A stretch of DNA of 63,284 nucleotides, counting the filler, from Eubacteriales bacterium (lineage in GTDB: Bacteria > Bacillota > Clostridia > Oscillospirales > CAG-382), in assembly GCA_045636665.1 (NCBI GenBank). It is 9 parts of 9 records of this genome, joined end to end, with 100 filler letters (N's around TTAATTAATTAA, not from the genome) between each part and the next. Parts side by side here need not be neighbours in the genome. Positions count along the whole stretch, not along the records: positions 34,030 to 39,016 come from JAZTXY010000114.1; positions 39,117 to 42,584 come from JAZTXY010000116.1; positions 42,685 to 46,301 come from JAZTXY010000118.1; positions 46,402 to 58,238 come from JAZTXY010000120.1; 5 more parts are not named here. One strand, given 5' to 3'. A program made the position numbers and the translations under genes. The notes beneath the pieces were generated by a model. That model was given only the letters and a program-made list of their open reading frames with translations. It ran no database searches and had not been told where the DNA came from. Below, piece by piece: positions 38,729-48,660 of this stretch (its first letter is position 1; each line of letters opens with the position of its first letter).

Positions 38729-39004
38729 GCCTTCCCCCGAACGGGGTCCCCGAAAACGCTTGTCGTTTTTGGGGTGGGTGTGGGGGAAGGTGGCACCGAA
38801 GGTGACGGATGAGGGGTTCGTTACTATAATTTAATACATTTCCCCTCATCAGTCAGCTCCGCTGACAGCTTCCCCCCAAGGGGAAGCCTTTTCTTATCGT
38901 TCCGTCAATTTCCTACAATGCGTTATTTCACTAATCGTAACGGCGAGAATAGCCTTCCCCCTCGGGGGAAGGTGGCAAAATCTTTGATTTTGACGGATGA
39001 GGGG
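38729..39004. repeat. BIME-like array of REP-like palindromes (three units, alternating orientation)
   Basis: GCCTTCCCC..GGGGAAGGTGGC..GACGGATGAGGGG at 38729-38816 and 38952-39004; inverted variant at 38842-38888. Confidence 0.85.
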
Positions 39005-39116
39005 TAGATGCGAAGCNNNNNNNNNNNNNNNNNNNNNNNNNNNNNNNNNNNNNNNNNNNNTTAATTAATTAANNNNNNNNNNNNNNNNNNNNNNNNNNNN
39101 NNNNNNNNNNNNNNNN

Positions 39117-39788
39117 AAGGAAGCCGGAAACCTCAACGAAATCGCCTGCCTGAAGTTCGCCTACGGTCTTGTAAACCTCGGATTCGGTGCCGGTGAGGTA
39201 AACCTCAACACAGAAGCTGAAATCCTGTTCGCCGTTGGTGAGGGTTACATAAATATCGTCGCCGGGTTCGCCGTTCTTGTATTCAAGAGACTTGAACATA
39301 ATGCCCTTGAAGGTAACGTACTGGTTCATATAGTTGATAAGATCATCGGTGCCGAGCTTGTCGGTAAGGTCCTTTGCTTCAGCAACGTAGGTATCGCCGC
39401 CTTCAACGAATTCAAAGGTAGCATCCATGATTTCAACTTCGCCGTCATATTCAGCCTTGGAGCCGGTAACGCGAATTTTGGTACCCTTGGTGAGCTTTGC
39501 AGCGTTTTCTTCGGAGCAAGCGAGGTTGTATACGAAGAGACCGCCGTCATCGCTCTGGCAGTAAAGCACGATGGAATCATTCCACCAAGACTGATTTGCC
39601 TGAACGTAGGTTTCAACGGTAACGGTTGCACCGACTTCTGCTGCAAGGTATTCAGCATAGGTCATAACCTTAACGGTAGAAGCTTCAACGGAAGTGTCAG
39701 CCACGGAAGATGTTTCTTCGCTTCCTGCGCAAGCCGCAAATGCAGCAAACATCGAAAGAACGAGTAACATAGCAATGATCTTTTTCAT
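39117..39788 (-). CDS. Hypothetical lipoprotein with probable OB-fold repeats (3' truncated)
   Basis: Lipobox FAAC; GTKIRVTGSKAEYDGEVEI and GDFVEVSGFL OB-like strands. Confidence 0.7.
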
Positions 39789-39882
39789 TTCATAAACTCC
39801 TTTTTTATGCATAAATGCATTGTATTGTAATTATTATATGCTAACCAACTAAAAAATCAATGTTATCAAAATAGATTTTATA

Positions 39883-41460
39883 TCACTTTTTGCTTTTGAT
39901 TTTGTTGATTCCGACATAAATCAGCATCAAAACCCAACAAACTGCCAACAGACATATCAAAGCGACCGATCCCGTCGGCAGCTCGCCGAAGGTCATTTTA
40001 TCCGAAGACTTGCTTATCTGATCAAGCCGATAAAGCGATTTCGTATCCTCAAAAACCTTGTCGATATATTCGCCGTCAACGGTGATATTGTTCTTGACCG
40101 CCTTGTTGACCGTTTCGATCAAATGACCCGAAGCATCGCGAAGCGAAACCGAGCCGTTGAAAACGGGTGTAACGAAGGTCTTGCCGACGTTGTCAAGCAA
40201 AAGCTTCGTCGCATCGAGCTTTATATCGTAATAAAAATCGTCGTCCTCACCGCTTCTGCTAAGGTAATCGCGGTATTCATCCGAATTCTGAGCCTTCAAG
40301 GTAACGGGCACGTAGCCCTCGGTCTGCGCATAAGCGATTTGCACCTTGTTGGTTATCATAAACTGCATAAACAGCCACGACGCCAAAACCTCTTGAGAAT
40401 CCTCCTTGTTGAAAATACACATCGAAGGGCCTTGCGAGATCATGCTGATATTTTCGGGGTCATACTGAGGAATAGGGTAAACGACCGTTTCAAACTGAAC
40501 CAAGGTCTCCTCGGGAATGTCAAGCAAGGGTGCGTCACTGCCCATCCATGTCGCGCCCGCCGTTGAATCGACAGCGAAAATGCACTGTCCCGCATTAAGA
40601 TAGTTTGCAGGATAACCGTTCATCTTATAGGTGTTGAACGAGCGTGATGCCGAATGCACCGATATCTGTTTAAGAATATCCTTGGTAGTATCGTTGAATA
40701 TCTTTATCTCGCCGAATTCGTTCGAATAATCGCCGCCCTTTTGCCTAAGCATCTGGATCATCATGTTGTCGGTCGATTTATACATAAAGGGAATAAGCAC
40801 CTTTTGACCGTTGATTTTAAAGTTGCCGTTTTCATCCTTTGCCATCGCCGCCTCGGAAACCTCAAAAACGAAGTCCCAAGTAAGGATTTCGGGAAGCGTA
40901 AAGCCAAGCTGTTCAACGTAGGTCTTGTTGACGTAGCACGCCTCTGTCGAGCGCATATAAGGCAAGGCGTAATAATATCCGTTAAATTCGCATTCATTAA
41001 GGAACTGCGGAATAATTTCGTCCTTGCTTGCCGAGTCAAACAAAATCTCGTTACCGCCAAGACCGTATTTTTCGTCGTCCATCAAATCGTCAAGCGGAAC
41101 AACGGTGTCCTTGCCGGTAAGATAGGTCGCAATATGGTCGGGGTAGGTAATACACACGTTGGGTGTGGTGTCGGTCGAAATGTTCGTAAGAACGTCCTGA
41201 TAAATTCTGCCGTAATCGGTGTAAAGCTTTAATTTTACTGTAATGTTGGGATAAAGCTCTTGGAAATCGGCAATCGCCTGCTTGTAAATGCCAACCTGAG
41301 TAAGGTTTGTATCGTTTTTCGCCCAAAACGAAATTTCGTAATTGCGCGAGGTATCAAAGCCCTCGGGAATCTCAAAAATCTTAGCCTCGCGGTTGCCGTG
41401 ACAAGCGGTCAACGAAAATGTAATTAAAACAAGAAGAAAAACGCAAAGAAATCTTTTCAT
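39883..41460 (-). CDS. Carbohydrate ABC solute-binding lipoprotein with C-terminal TM helix
   Basis: Lipobox LTAC; YALPYMRSTE, QGPSMCIF, TEGYVPV; hydrophobic C-terminus; overlaps permease. Confidence 0.85.
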   Translation of the reverse strand: MKRFLCVFLLVLITFSLTACHGNREAKIFEIPEGFDTSRNYEISFWAKNDTNLTQVGIYKQAIADFQELYPNITVKLKLYTDYGRIYQDVLTNISTDTTPNVCITYPDHIATYLTGKDTVVPLDDLMDDEKYGLGGNEILFDSASKDEIIPQFLNECEFNGYYYALPYMRSTEACYVNKTYVEQLGFTLPEILTWDFVFEVSEAAMAKDENGNFKINGQKVLIPFMYKSTDNMMIQMLRQKGGDYSNEFGEIKIFNDTTKDILKQISVHSASRSFNTYKMNGYPANYLNAGQCIFAVDSTAGATWMGSDAPLLDIPEETLVQFETVVYPIPQYDPENISMISQGPSMCIFNKEDSQEVLASWLFMQFMITNKVQIAYAQTEGYVPVTLKAQNSDEYRDYLSRSGEDDDFYYDIKLDATKLLLDNVGKTFVTPVFNGSVSLRDASGHLIETVNKAVKNNITVDGEYIDKVFEDTKSLYRLDQISKSSDKMTFGELPTGSVALICLLAVCWVLMLIYVGINKIKSKK

Positions 41461-42332
41461 CCCTTAAGTCCTCCTCTCGAAACGCCTGTCATTATCTTGT
41501 TGCGGAAGATAAGGAACAAAACGATAAGCGGAATCGAAATAACGCAAACCGCCGCCATCATCGCAGGAATGTTTTCACGTCCGAAGCCGTTTTCGCGTAT
41601 TTCCTGAATACCGTTTGAAACAAGATAATAAGCGCGGTCGTCGGTCACCAAGCGCGGCCAAACGAAGGAGTTCCAGCATTCGATAACCTTAAGTATCGTA
41701 ACCGTAACGATAGTCGGCTTGCAAATGGGTATCATTACCTTCCAAAGGTATTTAAAATCGCCCGTGCCGTCTGCCTTCGCGGCATAATAAAGCTCGTCGG
41801 GCACCTGCGAAAAGTTTTCCTTAAGCAGATAAATATAAAATACCGATGTAACCGAGGGAAGAATAAGTCCCGTAAAGGTGTTGCGAAGGTCCATTTCGGT
41901 AACCGTTACGAAGTTGGTGATAACGACCAGCTCGCTCGGAATCATCATAAGCGCAAGGAATATTGTAAAAACAAGGTTTTTACCCTTGAATTCAAGCCTT
42001 GAAAAGCCAAAAGCCGCAAGCACCGTTACGATAAGCATAATTGCGGTGGTAACGATAGTGAAAAGAATCGTATTGCCGAAATATCCGCCAAGCGGTACAG
42101 CCGAAAAGGCAGTGCCGTAGTTTTCAAAGGTCGGGTCGGCGGCATAAAACTTCGGTATCCATTCCGAAGAATATTCGCCGTAGCTTTTGAACGATGAAAG
42201 TATCATCCAATAAAAGGGGAAAAGCACTATCAGTGCCCAAACGGCAAGCAGGAAATAAATCACCGTTTTGGAAATATAAGAATTATCGCCTTTAGCGGCT
42301 TTTTTTATTTTCAAATTATCCATAAAAGCCAC
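41457..42332 (-). CDS. Carbohydrate ABC transporter permease (MalG/UgpE-like)
   Basis: LFPFYWMILSSFK, EAA-like ELYYAAKADG, WNSFVWP. Confidence 0.92.
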   Translation of the reverse strand: MAFMDNLKIKKAAKGDNSYISKTVIYFLLAVWALIVLFPFYWMILSSFKSYGEYSSEWIPKFYAADPTFENYGTAFSAVPLGGYFGNTILFTIVTTAIMLIVTVLAAFGFSRLEFKGKNLVFTIFLALMMIPSELVVITNFVTVTEMDLRNTFTGLILPSVTSVFYIYLLKENFSQVPDELYYAAKADGTGDFKYLWKVMIPICKPTIVTVTILKVIECWNSFVWPRLVTDDRAYYLVSNGIQEIRENGFGRENIPAMMAAVCVISIPLIVLFLIFRNKIMTGVSRGGLKG

Positions 42333-42336
42333 CTCA

Positions 42337-42584
42337 TCAATAATGCACGTGCTTTTTGCTCACAAGCAAATTAATGCAGGTGATGGTAAGCACGATAACG
42401 AACAAAATGACAGCCGCCGCCGAAGCAAACGAGGGGTATCCGCCCGAATCGCCGTAAAGCATATCGTAAATATATCCGACAATGGTGTTCATTCCGTTTG
42501 CGTTAAGGTCTGTGCCGAACAAAGCGACCGCATCGGAATAAGCCTTGAATGCGCCGATAAAGCCGGTAATTATAAGGTAAAAAG
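42337..42584 (-). CDS. Carbohydrate ABC permease (MalF/UgpA-like), C-terminal fragment
   Basis: ITGFIGAFKAY...TIVGYIY...ASAAAVILF; lies upstream of second permease. Confidence 0.8.
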
Positions 42585-42684
42585 NNNNNNNNNNNNNNNN
42601 NNNNNNNNNNNNNNNNNNNNNNNNNNNNTTAATTAATTAANNNNNNNNNNNNNNNNNNNNNNNNNNNNNNNNNNNNNNNNNNNN

Positions 42685-43337
42685 TATGGTCGATGTTGGG
42701 CATCTCTTCGCGCAGTTTGCGCTCTTATGACGAAAAGGGGCTTGTTGAAAGCACAAAAGAATTTCCGAGCCGACGTAAATATTCAGACAGTCAGCTTGAA
42801 CTAATTAAAAAGATATTGGTCTTGCGCTCACTTGGCTTGTCGGTTGCCAAAATACAGTCGATACAAAAGGGCGACAGCGACCTGAAAAATGCAATTGTCG
42901 AGCGGAAAGCGGAGATAATAGCGCGAATGGTAGCTAAGTCAAAAGAAATAAGATTGCTTGATGACGCGTTAAACGTTTTGGCTGACGGCGGAGATATTTT
43001 TGGGGATAGAACCGACAGCAAGCATACCCTACGGACATATCACAAAATCGTAGATGCCGCCGTTAACGAATTTATTAAAGGTGATTACGAAAAGCTATTT
43101 GCTATGTTTTCTGAAATGATGCAGAATTATACTCCGTTATCTGCATTAAAGCGAATCGTTTCCGATACGCTTGCGCCTTTGGGGAAATTTATATCCCTTG
43201 ATAAAATAGTTGCTGACAGCGAGATAAGAAACGTCTTTTACTGCTGTTTGCGGTATGAAAAATTAGGTCTGCGAATTAAATTCGTGCTTCACGGCGAAAA
43301 AATACACGGTTTTTGGCTGAATTATTATGAGGTATAA
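42685..43337 (+). CDS. MerR-family regulator with DUF3887-like C-terminal domain (5' truncated)
   Basis: LGISSRSLRSYDEKGL..RKYS..LRSLGLSVAKI; C-terminal LRYEK..IKFVL..KIHGFW. Confidence 0.8.
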
Positions 43338-43338
43338 T

Positions 43339-43674
43339 ATGAAAAAGGCTCTTCTTATCATTTATGGTATTTTGTCATTATCTGCGCTTTCGGGGTGTGA
43401 GGTGCATTTCGGAGAAGCACGCTATGACGTGCCTTGGTGGTTGGCGTTTATTCTGTTTGCCCTTCCGTTTTTAATATTGGGCGTCGTTTTGATAATAAGC
43501 GATATGCCGAGGAACTTTTGGGCGTATTGCACCAAATGCAAAAACCGTTTTTACGTAAAAAAACGGGTGCCTTTCCGTTTTGCATCGCATTCGCGCGACA
43601 GCTTTGAATTTATAACAAAATGTCCTTGCTGTAAGGAAAGAACTATGTGCCGAAAGTCATACGATCAGGATTAA
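43339..43674 (+). CDS. Hypothetical membrane protein with Zn-ribbon
   Basis: GAGGT RBS; lipobox-like LSGC, TM helix, CTKC and CPCC..C. Confidence 0.65.
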   Translation: MKKALLIIYGILSLSALSGCEVHFGEARYDVPWWLAFILFALPFLILGVVLIISDMPRNFWAYCTKCKNRFYVKKRVPFRFASHSRDSFEFITKCPCCKERTMCRKSYDQD

Positions 43675-43724
43675 ACCATTAATATCTGTGATTATATAAC
43701 AGTTTTGAAGGTTTATTAACAAAA

Positions 43725-43760
43725 TCACCGCCGAGAGCAGTTAAAAACTTTCGGCGGTGA
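43725..43760. terminator. Terminator between convergent genes
   Basis: TCACCGCCGAGAG...CTTTCGGCGGTGA. Confidence 0.7.
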
Positions 43761-43766
43761 GTTCTT

Positions 43767-45701
43767 TTATTGAAGCTGTACTGCGTGCATAACGCTGCCG
43801 TAGGAGCAGGCGACGAGCAGATAATCAAGTGTAATTTGCTTGATGCTGTGCGCGGGGATGGTTAGGGTGTAGGTATAGTTCGAAAATACGTTTCCGTTTT
43901 CGCCCAGTCCTGCGGTGTATGATGCTTCCAAAACCTCGCCCGATTTGCTGTCGCGCACGAGTATTGCAAGCGTGCCGTGGTCGCGCAGATGCAAGGTGAC
44001 GGTGCGTTCCTTGTCGCCTTGGTTCACAAAGGTGAAGTGGTCTTGGTATTCAATCATCCAGTTGGCTGTGTTGGCAGGAGTGCCTGCACCGTCGGCGTGG
44101 TGGTTATCGATAACTATTTCCTTGCCGTTTTGGTCGTGCCAAATAAATTCGACCATATCCATTCCGACCGCTCTGTGGTCGTTTTGGGGATTAAGGTGAG
44201 TCATCCAGGTGTTCGATTTGCTTACCGTGTGGTCGGTGCTGTTATATGCCGAATAGGGAGAAACGTAGGAGGGAACCGAATCGGCATATTTGCTTGTGTA
44301 GGTAACGGGGAGATAGCCCGATTTATCGTTGTCGCCAAAGGTCCATTCCATATAATTATCGATAACGCCGTGGTGGTAGGCGATGCCCGAATACTGTTGA
44401 GCATAACCTGCCGCAACGTATCCGATAGGTTCGGGATCGTCGGCAATTTGCGACGGGTTTGAATAGCAATACATCGTGCCAGTGACCTCGCCGCCCGTAA
44501 CGGTGAATTTCACGTTGCCGTTGGCACAGCGAATGGGGTTCACGAAATTGTTTGCCGAGCCGTCAATATTTATGTTGCGGTAGGAATCGGAGGTCGTTCC
44601 GCCGATTACCCAAAACTTTTCGCCTGCAGGCAGACGGTAGGTGGTAGGCTGATAAACTCTCGGTGTGTTTTTGACGTACGCGTAATCAAGTCCCGAATAT
44701 TTCGATGATATCGAGCCGTTTGCATTGAAATAATCGCTCGGAAGTGTAAATGAGGTGTTATAGAATTTATACCAAGCAAGCTGTCCGAACCAAGTGCCTA
44801 TCCATTGGTATCCGACGTTGGTTATCGTAATATAAACGTCGTGGTCGGTATCGTTTTTGAGCTGATAGCCCAAATAAACGTTGCTTCCCGAATAGTTTGC
44901 GTGCTCAAAGGTAACGTAAACCTCGCCCGAAAGACCTTCGTTACGCATAAACGCCTTGCCAACGTGCTGTGAGCCGAATTGCTCGGGGTTGTTTGAATAA
45001 ACGTAGGTTCCGCCCTCGCGTTTTACGTAATCAACCTTGGAGGGTACGAGCAATGCGCTGCCGTTGACGTCGAATTTCGACGTGTCTGCGGGAGCCGCCA
45101 CGTCATAGGGAAGCGTCACCATGTGGTTTTCGGCAGTGGTGGTTATTGTGAAATCGGCGTTTGCCTTTTTGGTGGTAACCGTAATGGTATAAACCTCGTT
45201 CGCCTTAAGAGAAGCGGTTATTTCGGAAGAGCCCTTTCTGAGTCTTTCACCATTGTGGAAAATGGCGATTTCCTTTACGTTTTTGGCTTGCAGCTTATAT
45301 TTGTCGGTGTAGGGAGCATAAACGGTATAGGTTCGGGTTCCGTTTTCGTCGGTGAAATCGTCGATGCTCGAAAGACGGAATGCATCACCGATTACAACGT
45401 CGGGCTCGCTCGTTTCGGGCTCGGAGGTATCGTTCGATTCCTCACTTTCGCTCGATTCGCTCGATTCATCCGATTCATCGGATTCACTCGATTCGACAAG
45501 CGTTGATTCGTCGCTCGATTCGGCGTTGGGTGTGCTTTGTTCGCCTTCGGAGGGCGTCGATGAGTTGTCGTGTTGCGAGGCTTCGCTTTCGGTCGTATTC
45601 GATTCGTTAATCGACAAATCGTTTGCGGTTTCTTCGCCGCACGCGACAAACGAAGAAAGAAGCAACAGCGCGGAAATAAGTATTGCAAAACAGCGTTTCA
45701 T
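43767..45701 (-). CDS. Hypothetical lipoprotein with long Ser/Glu-rich linker
   Basis: Lipobox FVAC; ~80-aa S/E/T/D linker; YSNNPE motif and aromatic-rich beta domain. Confidence 0.8.
   Translation of the reverse strand: MKRCFAILISALLLLSSFVACGEETANDLSINESNTTESEASQHDNSSTPSEGEQSTPNAESSDESTLVESSESDESDESSESSESEESNDTSEPETSEPDVVIGDAFRLSSIDDFTDENGTRTYTVYAPYTDKYKLQAKNVKEIAIFHNGERLRKGSSEITASLKANEVYTITVTTKKANADFTITTTAENHMVTLPYDVAAPADTSKFDVNGSALLVPSKVDYVKREGGTYVYSNNPEQFGSQHVGKAFMRNEGLSGEVYVTFEHANYSGSNVYLGYQLKNDTDHDVYITITNVGYQWIGTWFGQLAWYKFYNTSFTLPSDYFNANGSISSKYSGLDYAYVKNTPRVYQPTTYRLPAGEKFWVIGGTTSDSYRNINIDGSANNFVNPIRCANGNVKFTVTGGEVTGTMYCYSNPSQIADDPEPIGYVAAGYAQQYSGIAYHHGVIDNYMEWTFGDNDKSGYLPVTYTSKYADSVPSYVSPYSAYNSTDHTVSKSNTWMTHLNPQNDHRAVGMDMVEFIWHDQNGKEIVIDNHHADGAGTPANTANWMIEYQDHFTFVNQGDKERTVTLHLRDHGTLAILVRDSKSGEVLEASYTAGLGENGNVFSNYTYTLTIPAHSIKQITLDYLLVACSYGSVMHAVQLQ
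45435..45522 (-). repeat. Degenerate 9-bp tandem repeat encoding ESx linker
   Basis: ...CTCGATTCG CTCGATTCA TCCGATTCA TCGGATTCA CTCGATTCG... Confidence 0.6.
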
Positions 45702-45850
45702 AAAAAATCGCTCCTTATTTTGTAATATTCCCTATTATAATATCAAATTGTAATCGATTTGTAAAGTTTTATATTTTAACGAGAAATCGTTATTGACAAA
45801 GCAACGGTGTTTGGTATAATAAAGTTAAGATTGAAAAAGGAGCGTTTTTT

Positions 45851-46301
45851 ATGAACACTTTGATGAAAAAAGGCGTTTTGCTTTATACAAGCTACAACAG
45901 CTACAGTAACACGAAATATTACAATCCGACCGATGACGAGCTTTCACGCCTTCTTGCGGTTACCGATGAAATACTCCTTATACCGATCATTGTGTTTAAC
46001 CGCTTTACCGACCGAAACGGCAACGATGTTGAAATTGTAACCCGTGAAATTATCGATGCAATGACTCCCGATATGGTCGGCGACCCCAACCGCCTGGAAA
46101 CCATTAAAAAGGAATACCACGCGACCGCCGACAAAATTCTTAAGGGCAATTACCACGTTAAGGATTACGTTGCCGATGCGAACGCTTATGCCGAAAGATT
46201 GGTTGCTATCAAAAAGGACGTGAAAATTTGGTTTTCGGTGCCCATGTGCGAATGCTGGCACGCGCTTACACATCTTTTCGCTTCCGCTTGGGCAGATACA
46301 G
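45851..46301 (+). CDS. Hypothetical protein (3' truncated)
   Basis: AAGGAG RBS; upstream TTGACA-17-TATAAT promoter; ORF open to contig end. Confidence 0.7.
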
Positions 46302-46401
46302 NNNNNNNNNNNNNNNNNNNNNNNNNNNNNNNNNNNNNNNNNNNNTTAATTAATTAANNNNNNNNNNNNNNNNNNNNNNNNNNNNNNNNNNNNNNNNNNN
46401 N

Positions 46402-46457
46402 GTAATATTTGCTTTAATTCTTAAATTACGTACCGTTTCGCCAATCTGTAAATTCAT
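46402..46457 (-). CDS. XRE-family HTH regulator, N-terminal fragment
   Basis: GGAG RBS then MNLQIGETVRNLRIKANIT, cut by contig end. Confidence 0.6.
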
Positions 46458-46564
46458 AATAATCTCCGTTGTTTTATTTTGTAGCTATGTAATAATTATA
46501 TTATTTAGATCGTTGTATGTCAACGGACCTATTTGTAGATGAAAATTTAATCAACTGTTTAGAA

Positions 46565-46602
46565 AAAAGAGGAATTGCTCGTATATGAACAATTCCTCTT
46601 TT
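46565..46602 (-). terminator. Terminator of MBOAT-ACP operon
   Basis: AAAAGAGGAATTG..CAATTCCTCTTTT. Confidence 0.8.
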
Positions 46603-46622
46603 ATAGTTGTTTGCGGTTTTGA

Positions 46623-46859
46623 TTATGATCTTTCGGCTATAATGTCCATCATTTCGCCAACGTTTTTCATTGCGCTGACTTCTTTCATAGTAAACTTTAC
46701 ACCGAATTCGCGTTCAACTGCCGCGATAAGACGAATGTGCTCGAGACTGTCCCAATCTTCAATATCGTCAGCGGTGGTTTCACGATCAACGGTGATATCT
46801 TCGTCATCAAAAACGTTTTGGAATACTTCGTTGAGTCTTTCGTTAATGTTTTGTGCCAT
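46623..46859 (-). CDS. Acyl carrier protein
   Basis: 78 aa, acidic, DWDSLEHI phosphopantetheine site, EREFGVKF, NVGEM. Confidence 0.93.
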   Translation of the reverse strand: MAQNINERLNEVFQNVFDDEDITVDRETTADDIEDWDSLEHIRLIAAVEREFGVKFTMKEVSAMKNVGEMMDIIAERS

Positions 46860-46862
46860 AAT

Positions 46863-48650
46863 TTATTCCTCCGGATTAACTTTAATTACGTTGTTTTTGT
46901 TTTGATAATCGGTAACAGAAAGCTTCCATTCGGTCGTGCCGTCTTCGCCTTCGAATGTTTTTTCAAAACCGAAATCATTAAAGAGGTTTTTGACCATTCC
47001 GTTCTTTGCGGTGGGGTAGTAGTGACCTATTATTGTGTCAATCGACCTATCTTTGCACTCTTTTACAAGAGTATCAAGCATTGCATATTCCATATTCTTT
47101 TTAAGAACACGGCAGCTCATAAGCCAAAGGTCGATATCGCAAATATTTTCTTTGATTTCGCCGATAACAACCGAAACAACACCGTTGTCGCCAAACGCAT
47201 CGGAAAGCTTGCCGTAAAGAGTAATATGATTGCCGTCGGTAGCAACCGATTCGATTTCGGGTTGAGTATAGCGTTTTGTGGTAAGATTGAACTGGTTAGA
47301 TTTGTTGGTCAATTGGGTAATTCGTTGCATATAAACGGGCGAAAACGGTTTAATCTCGCCTTTCATATCCAAGCTCAAAAGATATTCTGTATAATCGGCA
47401 AATTCTGTTGAAAGCTCTGCGCGTTTAACGTTTGCTTTATACATATCGTTGCGCTTTAAGTCGTCTGCAGAGAAGTTTGTGACCTCGAAATATCCGTTTC
47501 TGTCGATCGTGCGAATATAATCGGCAGGTACGTCAAACAAAGGTATTGCGATGCCTTTTATACTGCGTTCAACAAGTGCGCGTTCTGTGGGGTTATCATC
47601 GGCAAAGACGAACGAATCGATTCCAAGATCCATTTCGTTTGCGGTAGCAACAAGGTTTCTGTCCTTAGTTTCCCAATTTGCCTTGATAACAATAAAGTCA
47701 TCGGGACGAAGCACTCCTTCGGGGTGATTAAGACCTGCGATTGCGTTTTCGTGATCGTTTTTCGAAGCAACAGTCAGCATAATACCAATGCTTTTTTGTT
47801 TTTTAACGTATTCCTGAAATGCTTTGTAACATTCGGAAGTCGCTGTTTCTTCGCCGATTTCAATTCCTTCAACTCCGTCATCGCCAACGACGCCACCCCA
47901 AAGAGTATTGTCGAGGTCGAGCGCTAAAACCTTTTTGTTTTTGCCGAAGATGGATTTGATAATATTCGAAAGGTTCTTTGTAACGTAAGGAACCGCATCA
48001 AGCGAGCATGCGTATTTATACATATACCACGCTTGGTCATCAAACCATTTGTCAAGACCGAAGCAGGAAGCGATATAATTGATATCGCAAATGTAAAAGC
48101 CCTGATTTTGTTGAGCATATTCCGCAAAACGCAAATTCAAACGGGTTATGAAGTTGACAGCACCGTGAATGTCATAGCAATCGCGGTTACCGAAAAGACG
48201 GTAGGGCGGAAGCTCGAAATTGTTTTGGATTATCGGGCAGGAATAAACACTCGCCAAACGGTTCCACATTTTTTCGTAATAAGAAAAACGTTCGTTCAGC
48301 TTGTTGTCGATTTCTTCGGCTGTATCGGTCGTTTCGGGAAGGAAAGAGGCGATGTTTCTGTAACTTGTGTGGATATAGATAATATCGGGGGAAAACTCCG
48401 AAAGCTCGGGGTTTTCAAACATCGCATCCTGCCAGAATCGGTTATATTCCGATTCGTAAAATTCTGGCTCGATGCCCTCTGAAAGTAAAAATACTTCAAG
48501 GGTTTTAATAAAATCATTTGTCGTTGAGCCGCCCAAAACGGCGATTTTTTTCTTTATGCGTTTACTGCCGTCGTTAATGAGCTCACGTCGTGTTCTTTTA
48601 CGGTGGTCGGTAAGTGCATCAATATCAAAGGGATATGCGGTTACAGGCAT
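46863..48650 (-). CDS. FkbH-like HAD-IIIC phosphatase/glyceryl transferase with N-terminal extension
   Basis: LDLDNTLWGG, ASKN, FADDNPTER, QLTNKSNQFNLT, DAFGDNG, WLMSCRV. Confidence 0.92.
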   Translation of the reverse strand: MPVTAYPFDIDALTDHRKRTRRELINDGSKRIKKKIAVLGGSTTNDFIKTLEVFLLSEGIEPEFYESEYNRFWQDAMFENPELSEFSPDIIYIHTSYRNIASFLPETTDTAEEIDNKLNERFSYYEKMWNRLASVYSCPIIQNNFELPPYRLFGNRDCYDIHGAVNFITRLNLRFAEYAQQNQGFYICDINYIASCFGLDKWFDDQAWYMYKYACSLDAVPYVTKNLSNIIKSIFGKNKKVLALDLDNTLWGGVVGDDGVEGIEIGEETATSECYKAFQEYVKKQKSIGIMLTVASKNDHENAIAGLNHPEGVLRPDDFIVIKANWETKDRNLVATANEMDLGIDSFVFADDNPTERALVERSIKGIAIPLFDVPADYIRTIDRNGYFEVTNFSADDLKRNDMYKANVKRAELSTEFADYTEYLLSLDMKGEIKPFSPVYMQRITQLTNKSNQFNLTTKRYTQPEIESVATDGNHITLYGKLSDAFGDNGVVSVVIGEIKENICDIDLWLMSCRVLKKNMEYAMLDTLVKECKDRSIDTIIGHYYPTAKNGMVKNLFNDFGFEKTFEGEDGTTEWKLSVTDYQNKNNVIKVNPEE

Positions 48651-48660
48651 AATATTCTCC

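Noticed and set aside
38608..38805. Small ORFs sharing SLPPNGVPENACR (also 60542-60760)
   Set aside because: Chance translation of the shared palindromic repeat
38729..39004. Possible CRISPR array
   Set aside because: Units alternate in orientation and vary internally, spacers are conserved rather than unique, and no cas genes are present
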